DNA of 63,897 nt, counting the filler, from Neolecta irregularis DAH-3 (taxonomy: Eukaryota): NCBI GenBank assembly GCA_001929475.1. It is 16 parts of 16 records of this genome, joined end to end, with 100 filler letters (N's around TTAATTAATTAA, not from the genome) between each part and the next. Parts side by side here need not be neighbours in the genome. Positions count along the whole stretch, not along the records: positions 27,346 to 29,125 come from LXFE01001417.1; positions 29,226 to 32,570 come from LXFE01001423.1; positions 32,671 to 34,775 come from LXFE01001426.1; positions 34,876 to 36,478 come from LXFE01001427.1; positions 36,579 to 43,495 come from LXFE01001429.1; 11 more parts are not named here. One strand, 5' to 3'. Below the pieces are notes generated by a model. It worked only from the letters and a program-made list of their open reading frames with translations. It was not told the DNA's origin and searched no databases. Shown in pieces: positions 27,897 to 41,164 of the stretch. The translations under genes were made by a program, and so were the position numbers. Position 1 is the stretch's first letter. Each line of letters starts with the position of its first letter.

Positions 27897-27967
27897 GAAA
27901 GCATTTTAATGTCTATAACAGCATTAGAGAAATGTAAATGATTTCATATAGGTATCCTTTCAATATC

Positions 27968-28986
27968 CTATGGCAGTGGAAAAGGCATTTTCTTCCGCAA
28001 TCGTGAGATTATTTCTATATAGTCTGGTTCATTTTCCATTGTTAAAATGCCATGACGAACAAAGAAGTCAATGATAACTTGAATCAGAACACTTGCAATT
28101 AACCCTGCTGATATACCTAGTCTGCAATTGGTCTTGAACTCGTTCGCAGCCAATGCAGCCTTGACTTGTTCAACCGTCATCAATTCAAAGGATTCAACCT
28201 CTCCGTCCACAGGTTTAGGTATGATATCACGAGATACAGCAAGGTCGTAGATGAACTCCAACTACACGTTCAGCATTTTATTCGAACAGCAGTACCTCGG
28301 GTTGCAGTAAACCAATCTCTCCGCCTGTGAACTCGTTGCTTGCATAACAGTAGTTCAGAAAGCCAACAGCTTTAACATTCTTCATGACCTCCATTTCAAA
28401 CCCAGCTTCTTCCATTCCCTCCTTGACGATCGTCTTGTAAGGTTCAGATCCAAAAGCAATTCCACCAGCAACAGTATTGTCTAGCATTCCCGGGTAGGTT
28501 GGCTTCTTCTTCGATCGCCTTGGAATCCACATTTCGTATGTATCACGAATATACGCAGTCATGTGTGATCCAAAAGTCAGGAGACCGAATAAGGAGCATG
28601 CCGCCCTCTCAAAAGCAAAGATCACTGTCTTGTTTGGTCCATAAACTGGATACAGTTCATTGCGCCAGCCTTTTCTGTTAGCTGCTTTGAGAGTATAAAA
28701 CACCTTTCAATACCTGAAACGTTCCCCTTTCCCTCCAATAGTTCAATGTATACTCGATTGCTTTCGTTCTTGATTCGAATGTCGAAAGACTGGAAGAAAG
28801 AGAAACATGCGATTCGTGTACTTCCCAATAATCAGGGAGTTCTTTAAGCGCAGTCTGGACAAAAAGCCGAACGTATCCGATTATAGCTTGACCAAACAAA
28901 AAAGGTATAAATCCCTGGTCTTGAGGCCTGAGCTCAAATGAAAACGAGTCGCATTGTGAGATAATCTGGAGTATGTTCAGGTGCAT
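27968..28986 (-). CDS. Nudix hydrolase (YJR142W / Tnr3 N-terminal-like)
   Basis: GWRNELYPVY, WIPRRSKKKPTYPGMLDNTVAGG, KEGMEEAG Nudix box, PVDGEVESF. Confidence 0.9.
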
Positions 28987-29225
28987 TAAGGGGAAATGGT
29001 CGAGTTTAATATAGTATCGCGCGGAGCCAATCTTTTAAAGGTATTACATTGAATTCCATATCACAATTGAATGCCATATTACAATTGATTTCCATATCAG
29101 TATCATTCAATATATATATATATATNNNNNNNNNNNNNNNNNNNNNNNNNNNNNNNNNNNNNNNNNNNNTTAATTAATTAANNNNNNNNNNNNNNNNNNN
29201 NNNNNNNNNNNNNNNNNNNNNNNNN

Positions 29226-29424
29226 GGAGGTGCGCGGGCAGGCTGTGTCGGAGGGGGGGCTGTGCGGGAGCGGGGCGGAGTATGAGGGATACGGCCGCGG
29301 CGACGGGTTCAAGTACGGGCTGGACGGCAGGTTCTGCGGGTGGGCTGAGTACGCGGGGCCGTGGATGGACCTGGCGGGCGACTGCAGCCGCGAGCTGATC
29401 CAGAATGTGCACTATATTCCGTAG
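29226..29424 (+). CDS. 3' end of an unidentified GC-rich gene
   Basis: Open frame with strong third-position GC bias ending CGWAEYAGPWMDLAGDC..HYIP*. Confidence 0.4.
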
Positions 29425-29620
29425 GCTGTTATAGAGCGGGCAAACTAGCGGGCATTCTACGCCTGCATTGTCGAGCAGCGCAGCCTTCAGAGTTAAACTC
29501 CACGACATCAGTACACCCAGTGTAATCGGTGGAAACCCGAAGCGATCAGGGGAAACTCCAAGCAACCAGCGGAAACTCCACGATACGCGGATTCGATTCG
29601 CTCACGTGCGGATTCCCCCT

Positions 29621-31576
29621 ATGACCACCAGGCGCGCCAAGATGGACGGCAGCATCGCATTCGAGTATGCCGCCGTCGATAGTCGCCGTGTCTCAGAGGA
29701 CGGGCTCGAGCTGGGCAGCGGGACAAAGACCGGTGAGGGTTATGCCGGTGAGGGGTATGAACACAGTCCCCGCCGCTCAGAAGGCCGCCAGATCATGTTG
29801 CTGGTGCTGTTGTGTACGTGTTTCCTTGCTGCTGCGATATCCAGTCTGGATCCAGCGAATTCAGTCTGGAATCAGTCTGAATTCACTCGGATCTAGCGAA
29901 TTCAGTCGCTGCGATACATCGCTAACCGCCAGATCTGCTTCAGGGTGTTCCCACAGGCCTCGCGTTCGGCTCGGTGCCCTTTCTGCTCAAATCCCGCCTC
30001 TCCTACGCCCAGGTCGGCATCTTCTCCCTCGCCTCCTACCCGTATTCCCTCAAACTCCTCTGGAGCCCCGTCATCGATGCTGTCTACTGGGCCCGCTTTG
30101 GCCGCCGCAAGAGCTGGATCGTGCCCGTCCAGTGCTGCAGCAGCCTGCTCTTGCTCGTGCTCGGCACCCGCATAGACATCCTCCTCGTCGAGCCGGAAGC
30201 ACACGTCGCCGCATTCACCGCCATCTTTCTGCTGCTCATCTTTCTCTGCTCCACCCAGGACATCGCCGTCGATGGTCTATATCCCCGTCCATCGCGCCCA
30301 CTAACCCGCAGGCTGGGCATTGACCCTGCTCGCCCCGGAGAACCTGTCCTATGCCTCCACCGCCCAGACAGTCGGCCTCAACACCGGCTACTTTCTCTCC
30401 TTCACTGTCTTTCTCGCCTTCAACTCCCCAGAATTCGCAAACAAGTACTTTAGAGCAGTCCCGCGCCCAGATCCCCTCCTCACCCTCGGCGGCTACCTCT
30501 CCTTTTGGGGCTGGGTCTATCTTGTCGTCACAATATGGCTCGCCCTCTGCAAGACAGAGGCATCCTCCCTTTTCTTCTCTCCCTGACCCCAAGGCCCGCG
30601 AACGAGCATCAGACGGTGGTCTCAAGTCTGTCTACCTCACCATATGGAAGATTCTCAAGCTCAAGCGTACAAATCCCTCACCCACATAACGCTCATTCCT
30701 AGACATCCAGCTATTTTGTATCGTCCTCCTCTTTTCAAAAATAGGCTTCGTCGCAAACGACGCCATCACTAGCCTCAAGCTTCTCGAAAAGGGCTTCTCC
30801 AAGGAAGACCTCGCTCTCACAGTCCTCATCGACTTTCCCTTCGAAATCATATTCGGCTACTATGCTGCAAAATGGAGCAACGGCCCAGACCCCCTCCGGC
30901 CCTGGCTGCTGGCGTTTGTCGGGAGACTGGCGGCCGGCATCATGGCCATGCTTGTAGTATGGAGTTTTCCCGCAGACGGCCACGTTACTAAAATTTACTT
31001 TCTCGCCGTCATCATCCAAAATGTATTTGGTTCGTTCATGAGGTATTTCTTCAGAGTCCAGGCAAGCCTGACTCTGTTAGCACGGTTCAGTTTGTGAGCA
31101 TCTGTGCCTTTCACACTCAAATTGCCGATCCTTTAATAGGAGGAACTTATATGACTGTGAGACATTACATGCGTCTTCCCTTATCACTGACACTAAATCA
31201 CAGCTTCTGAACACAATTTCTAATCTTGGAGGAACATGGCCTAGGATTCTCATATTCAATAGCGTTGATTGGTTTACGAAAGCAACATGTTCCATTGACG
31301 TGCCGGAGCCGACACTATTTGCAGGTCTCCCGCCGATCCCACCGTTTCATCATCAACCCTGACCTTCTTATAGATCCCAGGTCATGTGCAACTGAAGATC
31401 TCAAGAAAGCGTGCATCAAGGCCGGTGGTATATGTAACATCCAGCAGGACGGCTATTACGTTGTCAGCGCACTTTGCATCGCTGCTGGTTCGGCATTATT
31501 TTTTTGGTTCATCAAACCTTCTATTCTCAAACTACAAGCACTGCCTCTGAAATGCTGGAAACTCTCTTCTAGGTAA
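29621..31576 (+). CDS. Acetyl-CoA transporter (SLC33A1/AT-1 family MFS)
   Basis: SLASYPYSLKLLWSPVID, TQDIAVDGW, YASTAQTVGLNTGYF, IGGTYMTLLNT, DGYY. Confidence 0.92.
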
Positions 31577-31652
31577 AAACACAGTCATGCCTTAATATAG
31601 AAATCAAGATGAATAGGACAGGTGTTTGTTTGTATACAGACTGCTTACAATC

Positions 31653-32570
31653 CTATGAAGCATTCTTGGTCATACGTCTATCTCGTTCCTCTGAAATCGA
31701 CAATTTGACACCCTGTAAATTCAATAAAATCCAAGTAATAAGGAGAGGGAAATATACCTTGCCCTTTGGCAAACTGATCCAACTCTTTGCACCCTGTCCA
31801 ATGACAAAAACATTAGTCATTCGCGTTGCAAAAGTTCGTTCAAGAGCATCTTTCACGTGAACAATATCAAAAGATCCCAAATGTCGCTCTCGTTGTATAA
31901 TGGTCCCAATACGTCCTTTATTACGACCGCCTGTAATCATCACGATATTTCCAATATCAAATTTAACAAAATCTGTTATTTTATTTTGTTCAAAATCGAA
32001 CTTGATCGTGTCGTTGACTTTGATCAGGGGATCTGGATAGCGGATTGTACGACCGTCGTGAGTTACTGCATACGGAATTGCTTTGGCGCCCAATTGGACT
32101 TTTTTGACTTTGCATAGCTTGTAGCGAGATTCGTCGGCCGTGATTCGGTGGATTGCAAAGCGGCCTTTGGTATCATATAAAAGACGGAATTGCTCGCCGG
32201 TCTTTTCGAGAGTGATGACGTCTGGGTTAATTAGTGCATTGCTTCAACGGATGAGCAACGTACCCATGAATCCCGCTGGGTAAGTCGTGTCTGTTCGAAC
32301 TTTGCCGTCGACCTTGACAAGTCGTTGCATGAGAATCGCTTTCACTTCTCTGCCGTTCAATGCGTACTTTAGCCGATTTCTAAGAAGGACAATAAGAGGG
32401 AGACATTCTCTGCTCTTGTGCGGACCTGCACCACACATCAGAAACAAGCACTGGACAGAGTGGCGAAAAACATACCAGACGAGGATTTTGGTGCATAAGT
32501 CCCTCCGAGTTTGTCAAGGAGCCAATGGTCTGGGGCGGCAAGCCGCTTCAAATGTTTCTTTCTGAAACGA
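31653..32570 (-). CDS. RPS4: 40S ribosomal protein S4 (first codons missing)
   Basis: [42 protein letters not shown]. Confidence 0.98.
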
Positions 32571-33377
32571 NNNNNNNNNNNNNNNNNNNNNNNNNNNNNN
32601 NNNNNNNNNNNNNNTTAATTAATTAANNNNNNNNNNNNNNNNNNNNNNNNNNNNNNNNNNNNNNNNNNNNGGAATTATAAGATAGCCATCCCGCTCAAAT
32701 TGGGCTCTTTGTGTATCGGATAAATGAAACTGCGGCGCGGACATACTGTGCTGAACTTGAGATGGAGCCAATAACCCCGCCTTGACGATATGTTACATCC
32801 GCATTCTCTAAATTTACAAACTGCAGTTCTCCTCTGTAAGGATTTTTCGATTAATTTCAATTGACTCTCTCTATCTATATGTACCCTCAACCTGTGTTTT
32901 ACAATAACGATGGCTTGTCTGGAGGACGGTGCCATTTTTCTTCTCTTATTTTTATGTCACAGTTATTCGAATTTTGCCTGAATCTAACAAACTTCGTAGT
33001 AAGGTTTAAATTCGTTAAACCACAGTGGCCACAGAGAAGGACAACTGAAACCGCGAGATGGAAGCAGTTCATGGGCACAGAGGCCAGGTTATGAGGCAAA
33101 GCAACACAAAATTTGCAGCATCTTTAGGACGCTTTTATGATGACTCAGGTGGAGCTTACGCTTCCGTATGATATTCTGGCTTCTCAAATCCGAGACATGT
33201 CCTAAAGTGTCATTTTTTATAAATGGACGAGATGCATCTTATCGAGCAAGTCAGAGTACCTGAACAACAAAATCAACATGTTGTTTCTGAGGTATTTCAT
33301 CCCGCAACATTATCTATGTGTCAGATGCCGAGGAGGCCTCTTCAACAATAATTCACTCAGGGTAATGCCTTCACATT

Positions 33378-34373
33378 ATGGATGTTTATGGTTGCAGTAA
33401 GAAACGCTCCACCACTCCTGTCGCGCGGGATAATGCAACACCACAACAACTTGTGGGAAGTATGCAGGTTACCATGCAGGATCTGGAAAATACACAGGTT
33501 GCCATGCAGGATCCCATTGATCTAGCAGTTTTCGACCCAGTATCAGAGTTGAGCAAACTATGGTATCATCCACCTGCAGAAGGCATTCGTCCATGTCATA
33601 AAAATCAGTACAACCACATGAAACGGGAATATGGAGATATCTATTTATCTATTTTGGCAGTCATATTAAACGGATGCCAACCTTACATGACAAATATGCC
33701 TAAACGTTCACTTCATGCTATATATAAAAGTCGATTGCGTTTCAGAAAGGCGTCGAATAGTTTGGTAATGCTTTGTGACTGTGACTATATTGATCTGGTA
33801 GTTTTCTCTCTCAGCCACAAACGATCAGTATCAAAAGAATGCGAAGGATACTATTTTAGCAGTTATGGAAATAATCAGGAATGATCCACGAGAATCGAAG
33901 TTGTACATGGATGATCCAAAACACCTGGGTAGATAAGAGGCTTGTGTATATTCTTTTTCCATCCATTGAAAAGGAGAACCCGATGTATTTCCAATTCATT
34001 ACTGAATACTGCTTATGGCTGCAGAAGGAGCACCAAGCGGAAATCCTGGGATGACTCTACCAAGCCTCCAAAGAAGCATCGAAAAACAGATCATGTCGAA
34101 CCTGATGATAGCGATTCTACTATGGGTGGTAATGATGACACTTTTAATTATGAAGCAAGTCACTCTGGCGAACAAAGTAATACAACTAGGGATGGACATG
34201 TAGGTGCATCAAACGCTGAACATCTAGCTGATGATGATAACGATTCTACCATGGGTGGTAATGGCAACTCTTTTTATTATGAAGGAAGTCACTCTGACCA
34301 ACGACTTGAACCTGTATCTATTGTCTATGAGTCAGATGCCGAGGATGACTCTTCAACAGATATATACGAATGA
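33378..34373 (+). pseudogene. Orphan gene or relic with basic NLS-like patch and duplicated acidic repeat
   Basis: Two adjacent ORFs; KPPKKHRK; DDSDSTMGGN..YE.SHS occurs twice; upstream 32671-33350 is stop-riddled coding-like DNA. Confidence 0.4.
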
Positions 34374-34514
34374 GGAAGGAAGAGAATACATACAAACCTC
34401 TTCGACATCAGTGCCCGTTTTTGTTCCTGCAGATATGAAGGCAACTTTATTTTAGTATGTGTGTTTTGTAGTGCAAACATTTATTGTTTAATTGTAAAAT
34501 GAATGTCCATACAG

Positions 34515-34745
34515 ATATTCTAGTAATGTGGAGCGTGTGTGGCACCGCTGACGGGATATTGACTGCCACACCAAAATTCAACTCAAAGTCCGTCAACCCA
34601 CTCACCTGTCCATTTTCTTCTTTGGCCGGATCCAGGATGATGATGGCGGGTATTTCCATTTCTTATCTCAGTAATCTATTTTATCTCTACTTCCGGGGAT
34701 GCTGGTACGCTGCTGTGCAGCCATTTGACCGCTCCCGGGTTTTCT
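34515..34745 (+). repeat. Dispersed repeat, copy 1 (second copy at 53384-53590)
   Basis: Shared GTGTGGCACCGCTGA..GCCACAC, GATCCAGGATGATGATGGCGGGTATTTCC, CTGCTGTGCAGC and CCGCTCCCGGGTTT. Confidence 0.85.
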
Positions 34746-36578
34746 ACCTCTGTAATTTCCTGTTTTCGCGTTCTCNNNNNNNNNNNNNNNNNNNNNNNNN
34801 NNNNNNNNNNNNNNNNNNNTTAATTAATTAANNNNNNNNNNNNNNNNNNNNNNNNNNNNNNNNNNNNNNNNNNNNTTCAAAATTAGTCTTCTAACGGAAA
34901 GTCCGCTTGGAATTAAGCTCCAGATAGGAAATATCACTCCTATATCCGCGCCTCGATTACATCGCATATGGGCCCGAGGAGTAAGGCAATGATTTAGAAG
35001 TTGAGCATAAAGGTAGAGTCAAGATGAAGGTGAGGGATCTAGTGAGGCTGATCTCTGGGTCCACAATTCGCCCTTGGTTGCCGACCATGTCGCTGCTGGG
35101 GCATTTGAATTGGCTATGCAGGTATAATATTACCGGGTCATTGTTAATGATCTAGCTCCTTAACCAGCAAGTTGGGGTGGTCAATTAGCTGCCAAGCATC
35201 CCAGCAGGTGGTGGATGCAGCAGGAGTGATGGAGCATGTGTACAGCAGCAGGGGTGGGTGGGGAACTGGAGTAAGTATTTCCTGTGCCTATTATTAATAA
35301 TGTCGCACTATGGATATGAAAGGGGAATGGAGAGGGTCACTAGTGTTAGAAGTATATTATATGAAAAAGATCGCAGGATCTTTCTGACAATTGGCAATAC
35401 TGAGCAGGAAATAAAAGAGTTGAAACTGGGCACAGAATCAGTTGTCGAGATGTAGTGAAAAAGGATACAATAATGTGAGGCTAACTGTAAGCATATGCCC
35501 CGCATTTCACTGAAAAATCAGACTAAAAACATGAAAGAAACATTGACGTGTTATTTGAATCTGGCTAAGGAGAAAATAGGTAATTTTTCTACAGAATGTA
35601 TGTCATGATAGAGGAGAGAAAAGGAGGCATGTCTCTCCTTGACGGTGCTATGAGCAATCAAACTGTCTGGTAGGCTATCATAGATCGAATGTCGAATGTG
35701 TCTTGGCTGATTTGGTAGAGATAGCAAGGGGAGCTAAGATGGAGGTAGGGAGATAACGAGGAAGGGATGGGAGATCTAGGAATAGTGTCAGCACACGAGG
35801 TTGGGCGCTGATGTGGACTTGGGTTGGATATGCTGCCGTAGATACTGTAAGTAAGAGTAACTATGTATATTTAATATCAGGTCAAAGCCTAGCCAGCTAA
35901 TCTGGCTGGGCGCTACTTATGTACAGAATCGCCACATGGGCTGCTGCCGTCATCTGCATGCCTGCCCTTCTGTCGATCTGCCGGGTGGCAATGCCTGTGA
36001 CTGGCCCGCCTGGGATGATCGGCGACCCTCGCTGCTGCTTGTGCTGGTTCCGATATTTTGGCGGCGGCGGCGGCAAGCTGGTGGGGGTTGCGACGTGGGG
36101 GTAAAGTCGTGTTCCCACAAATAGCAATTTGATAAAATAGTCTGGTCAGTGAAGAAACAAGTTTCGCTCTTGTCAAGTGTTTGCGAACCCCTTTATGATA
36201 ATATTATGCTTTACGGTATAATACGCATTCCGGATCATATTGGTGCGTACACAGGTGACACATGGTCCACAAACTAGTAAGTGATGACGTTGTACATACG
36301 ATAAGAGTATTCAAGACGATATAAAACAAGCTAGAAGATGGGGAAAAGAGCTTTTGCAATGACATATGACCAATCTTATCCACTAGTTCAGAAAGTCAAG
36401 AAAGAATTTACATAACTTTTCAAATAGGTTGTGATTTAGGCTGGACAAAATGAAAAATGAATCTTGGCTGAATGAAATNNNNNNNNNNNNNNNNNNNNNN
36501 NNNNNNNNNNNNNNNNNNNNNNTTAATTAATTAANNNNNNNNNNNNNNNNNNNNNNNNNNNNNNNNNNNNNNNNNNNN

Positions 36579-36774
36579 GTGTGCAAAAGCTAGATTCCCA
36601 TATTATGAAGATTTGCATTAATGAACTCATCCCAAAGAGACCAACGATTCTATATCCTTGCGCGCAGATTTCTCGGCTTTCCATGTCTTATACTCAGGCT
36701 CAATTTGTGTTTCCTCGTCTCGCTTCTTTCGCAATCTTTCTTCTTGTTCAGATCTCCTTTCGACTTCTCCCTTG
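36579..36774 (+). repeat. 196-bp near-exact duplicate of 41117-41312
   Basis: Identical except for two substitutions; followed by a 10-N gap. Confidence 0.9.
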
Positions 36775-37050
36775 NNNNNNNNNNTATCATTGGTGATATA
36801 CGCCCTACAAATGATCGGTCGAATTGATACATTCCCATTTTGTCTGAGACGCGAAAGTATATCCTAATATTTTAATTTCCACAAAAGTAAAGCATATTCC
36901 CTTTTTTGGAATATTATGGCCTTTCAAAATAGTGGCTGGCGCACGCACCCTAAATTCGTCCTGACCACGTTTCGAACCCATAACTTCCACTCCGGGTATT
37001 TCGTCTCAACGCTTCCCCCCACCACGCACTACATTGCGGTATACCTCAAA

Positions 37051-37845
37051 ATGGCGGCGCCAATCGAAGACTGGTTAAGAGAAATACCAGTAGTGACACG
37101 GTCGTTCGTGGGTGCTGCTATCGCGATAAGCATCGCTGTGGTTTAGATCATATTGAGGAAAGTGAGCTGACGATGCAGCAGTGCGACTTGCTTTCGCCCT
37201 ATCAATTATTCTTTAGCTGGCATGCTGTTTTCCGCAAGCAACAGGTGTTCTGCTTTATCTTATGTCTCTTTCCTGATAGTCGCAGTACTGGAGGCTTATT
37301 ACAACATTTCTTTACTATGGCCCATTGAGCTTGGATTTCCTTTTCCACTTGTTCTTCATGTACGGCCCCGTTCAGGCACACCTTCTCACTATAGGGCGCG
37401 ATACAGCAAAATGCTTGAAGAGACGTCTTATAGAGGTAGACCATCACATATGTTATGGTTGTATGTCTATGCTGGAACAGCCCTTCTGGTACGCTGTGAC
37501 TCCAACTTGACTTAGTTCTAGTTGCTTTCAAAGTTTGCTACTCATCCGTTCCTCGGATCCCCGTTATCTTTTGCGTTGACCTATATCTGGTCTCGACGAA
37601 ATACGATGCGCTTATCCTTTCTTGGGTTATTCGTTTTCACTGCACCATACTTACCATGGGTGCTTTTGGGCTTTTCTTTCTTACTCAACAATGAATTGCC
37701 AAGGGGGGATATTCTCGGCATCATTGTCGGTCATGTTTACTACTTCCTTGAGGACGTTTGGCCAAATCATCCACACAGCGCTGGTAGAAGATTTCTTAAA
37801 CCACCCGAGTTTTTAAGTCATATGTTAGATCCTGCCCCTGCATAA
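37051..37845 (+). CDS. DER1: Derlin (DER1/Derlin-2 family ERAD protein)
   Basis: EIPVVTR, QYWRL, RYSKMLEE, YIWSRRN, APYLPWVLLGFS, GHVYYFLEDVWP. Confidence 0.92.
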
Positions 37846-37946
37846 AATAAACGATATATGTGTTGCTTTCATTTACAGTCATTACGCTAATCATAATCAA
37901 AAATGTCCTGAAAATACCGACCCGTCTGATCAATCCATTGACCAAA

Positions 37947-38816
37947 TTAACTGCACAGTGCAGCGTCCGCGAGACTTGCAAGACTACTTGCGTTGCCTGA
38001 GTCTCTGCGTTCCCTGTCCCCACTGGAATCCCCATCTTCACACTCGTCTTTAGAAGAACTCGCACAAGTATCCCGATCAGGCATGCCGTATAGTGGCGGA
38101 AGCAATGCAGGATCAATATTCGAATCCAATATATGAAGTAGTGGTATCTGGATTAAGCACTAATAGGTGATCGTCATACCGTCGTGAGGTCGTCCGTCTG
38201 GTGGTGTGGCGATTGATCGTGGATAGCATGAAGATTTGTGGTTTGTATTGAATCTACACGTTTCTTTTTGGACGCCTCTAAAGGCGAAGGGCCTTGTAAA
38301 AGTTAGCTTGAAATGGGCATTTGAGATTGTTACTGCGGGCTCTTTTATACGGACCGCGCTTTACACCTTTCTTTCGTTCTTTGCGCAGTGAATCCCGACA
38401 AGTGTCTTCTAGTTTGAATTTAACGCATCTTTCACAGGGACGTCCTTCTGTACATTTCTTATTTGCTTTTTGACAGTTCACTGGTGGTTAAATTTAATCT
38501 CCGCCTAAGTAATACCACAGGCATTCTTGACCTGCCGACGTTTCTTTCCTTCGCCATTCACTTGGGTATTTTTCGGGGAGGCAGACGACTTGGATTTCCG
38601 TACCCTTTGAGCAGCAGCGCCAGCAGCGCTTGTTTCTACATGATCCAGCAGAAGGATGGGATCTGTAAACGATAACTGATGGTCAGGCATGCTGAGCTGC
38701 GACGACGAATCTGCAAAGACGGGATCAGAATGGACCGTGACTTTGAAGTCAGGTAATCCCGCTATCGGCGGCAGGTTTATAAAATCGCGAAGAGATTTTG
38801 CCCGATCCGGATCCAT
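37947..38816 (-). CDS. Zn(II)2Cys6 transcription factor
   Basis: KKRRQVKNAC/VNCQKANKKCTEGRPCERCVKFKLEDTC..RKERKKGVKRGPYKR. Confidence 0.85.
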
Positions 38817-39065
38817 CGAAAGTGGAGAGTAAGAGCGACGTTACAATGGTGGAGTGTATTGATGGATCACCACCATGAAAATTCAAATTACAGTTCAGGC
38901 TGGATCACAATAGTTTTTAACAACAGGTCCTTAACAATCTACTATGGTTTTCCGGTCTATGTCTCATCGCTCCTACTAGATTTTTTATCTACTGGCACGC
39001 TACCCTGAAGCCCTCAGATCAGTTATGAGACCTGGACTTGGATTGCCCTTGAGCAAGCCTTGTTG

Positions 39066-40543
39066 TCAATCATCGTAGTAGTCTTCGTATTCATCGCTAT
39101 CGTCAGCCAGTTGTTCAAAATTCAGTTTGTATCGAAGGAGGCCGCCGATGCCGCCGAATCCCTTGCAGAATTGATTGCCTTCTTGGGATCGATCGGTAAC
39201 AAACTCCAGGGCTGCTCCAAACTCTTTGTATTTCTCGGCAAGCCATTCCAGCAGCGATTTGTTATCGATGACATCCATCTCAGCCCCTGTATCCTTGTCG
39301 ATGAAGGATTCTCGGCTCTTCTTTGATTCTTCTTCTGTCGCATGGACCACAATTTCCTCGCCATGGCTATTTCGAAGAACCCATCGGACAACGTCGAGAT
39401 TTTCAAAGACCATCAATGTTTCCACAGCTCCTGCATCGAGAGCTTTCATAACCTAAAAGTGAGATACATTTATGACCTCCCTTACGTCTTCAACACCGTA
39501 GCAGTACTTTCCACTGTCCTTTGAGATTTCATCAAAGAATGACTGAATAAGCTTCTTCTCTTGGATAAATTTGACGTTTGAGAGGGTTTCTCCCGCAAGT
39601 TCGATTGCTTGATTGAACCCATTTTCACCGCCTAAATATTGGATTGAGAGACTAGAAAGTACATACCATAAGAGACATCAACAGTTTTGAGGATCTTGTC
39701 CTGCAAACGACCATCGAACATATCACTCTGACCCAATTCTGTTTTGAAGTCTGCAGAACCAGCAAGAACTAGACCAGCAACATTGACCTTATCGTTCGTG
39801 ATGAAAAACTGAACAGCAGTCTCTGCTACTTTTCGAACATAGTTGTGACGCTTCTCTTCTCGGAGACGAGCAAAACGAAGTGCAGACTGGCCTCCTCTGC
39901 CTATAAATTAAAAATGTAATCACAAAGACTGACGTACCGTGTTTTTTTGGCAGGTCAACGGTGAACTTGTGCAAAACATCACGGGTATTCCCACTCAAAG
40001 TTCCAAACAAACTACCATTACCATCCATCACAATGAAGCCAAATTTTTGGTCACTTTCCAGAAGCTCCGACAGAGCTTCTGTGTGAAATTTGTTGTCACA
40101 CATGTAGAGAGAGGTATTGATGGGCTTGAAGGGTTCAAAATCAATGTTAACTTTCTTGGTTTTCCCCTCTTCGTTGATAACTTCACCGCAATATACGACC
40201 AAGCCATTTTTTGGTACGCGATTGTAGAGTTTGAGACGTTGCTGGGTGGAAGTAATGGCACTTAGCACAGAAAGACGATTGACCCGCGACTTGATGTTGG
40301 AGGCAGTGCCATACTGAGGAGTCAGTGCAAGAGCGAAGAAGATTTCTACTTCTGTCGCAAGCATAGAGTTTACACGAGCAATCTGATCTCCAGGAGCTTA
40401 GTGGTATCAGAAAATGCCGCGCAGATCAAAATCATACGAATGACGAGCGAAATCATGGAAGTGCCATTGCCACGAGCATTGTTGAGAGCCTTGATGACTC
40501 TACGCATGCGCCAGAGCTCGAGGTTTTTTTCCTGTTCATCCAT
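39066..40543 (-). CDS. SUP45: Eukaryotic release factor 1
   Basis: [41 protein letters not shown]. Confidence 0.98.
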
Positions 40544-41164
40544 TGGGCTGGTGTGGGTGTAGTTGCTGGTAACTTTTGGAGTAGAGGCTCACTCAAGTCT
40601 GAACTTTTCGTTCTCCAATTGTCCTGCGGAATGCAAGATGGGTTTTTTTCCTCCTTGCGCAAGTTTAGTAGCGTTGCACAATAATTTGTGCAAAGTCTTT
40701 TGTAGGAAATAAATCGGAAAATGCAATCGGATAAAATGTTGTCAAATCTCAAGTTTGAATACTATGTGTCTTTGCTCACTTTTGTCGTTCTGACAAAGAA
40801 ATGTTGCCCATATGCAATAACAGGATCCGGATCACACACAGAATATTCCAAAGCATATATAGCCTCGTGATTCTTGGCTTTGCGTGGATAGAAGGATGAT
40901 TCTAATATCCCAGACTTGCTATCATGATATACGAGGGCCTTATAGATGTGTAATTTATTTCATGTACATTACAATCGTTGAATTGAGAAAGTTCATCAAG
41001 ACTTGAATTCCGGGACATTGAGTCAGAAATTGCCAGGAGATATTCGCGCGTGATTACACTCCTTAAAGTCTCGATGGCTGTTTTACAACATGAGCATAAA
41101 AAATCCACAGAAACAAGTGTGCAAAAGCTAGATTCCCATATTATGAAGATTTGCATTAATGAAC

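Noticed and set aside
36579..36774. Apparent duplication of the DUF1640 3' end
   Set aside because: Sits at a scaffold start beside a 10-N gap with only two differences; most likely a misplaced allelic or assembly fragment
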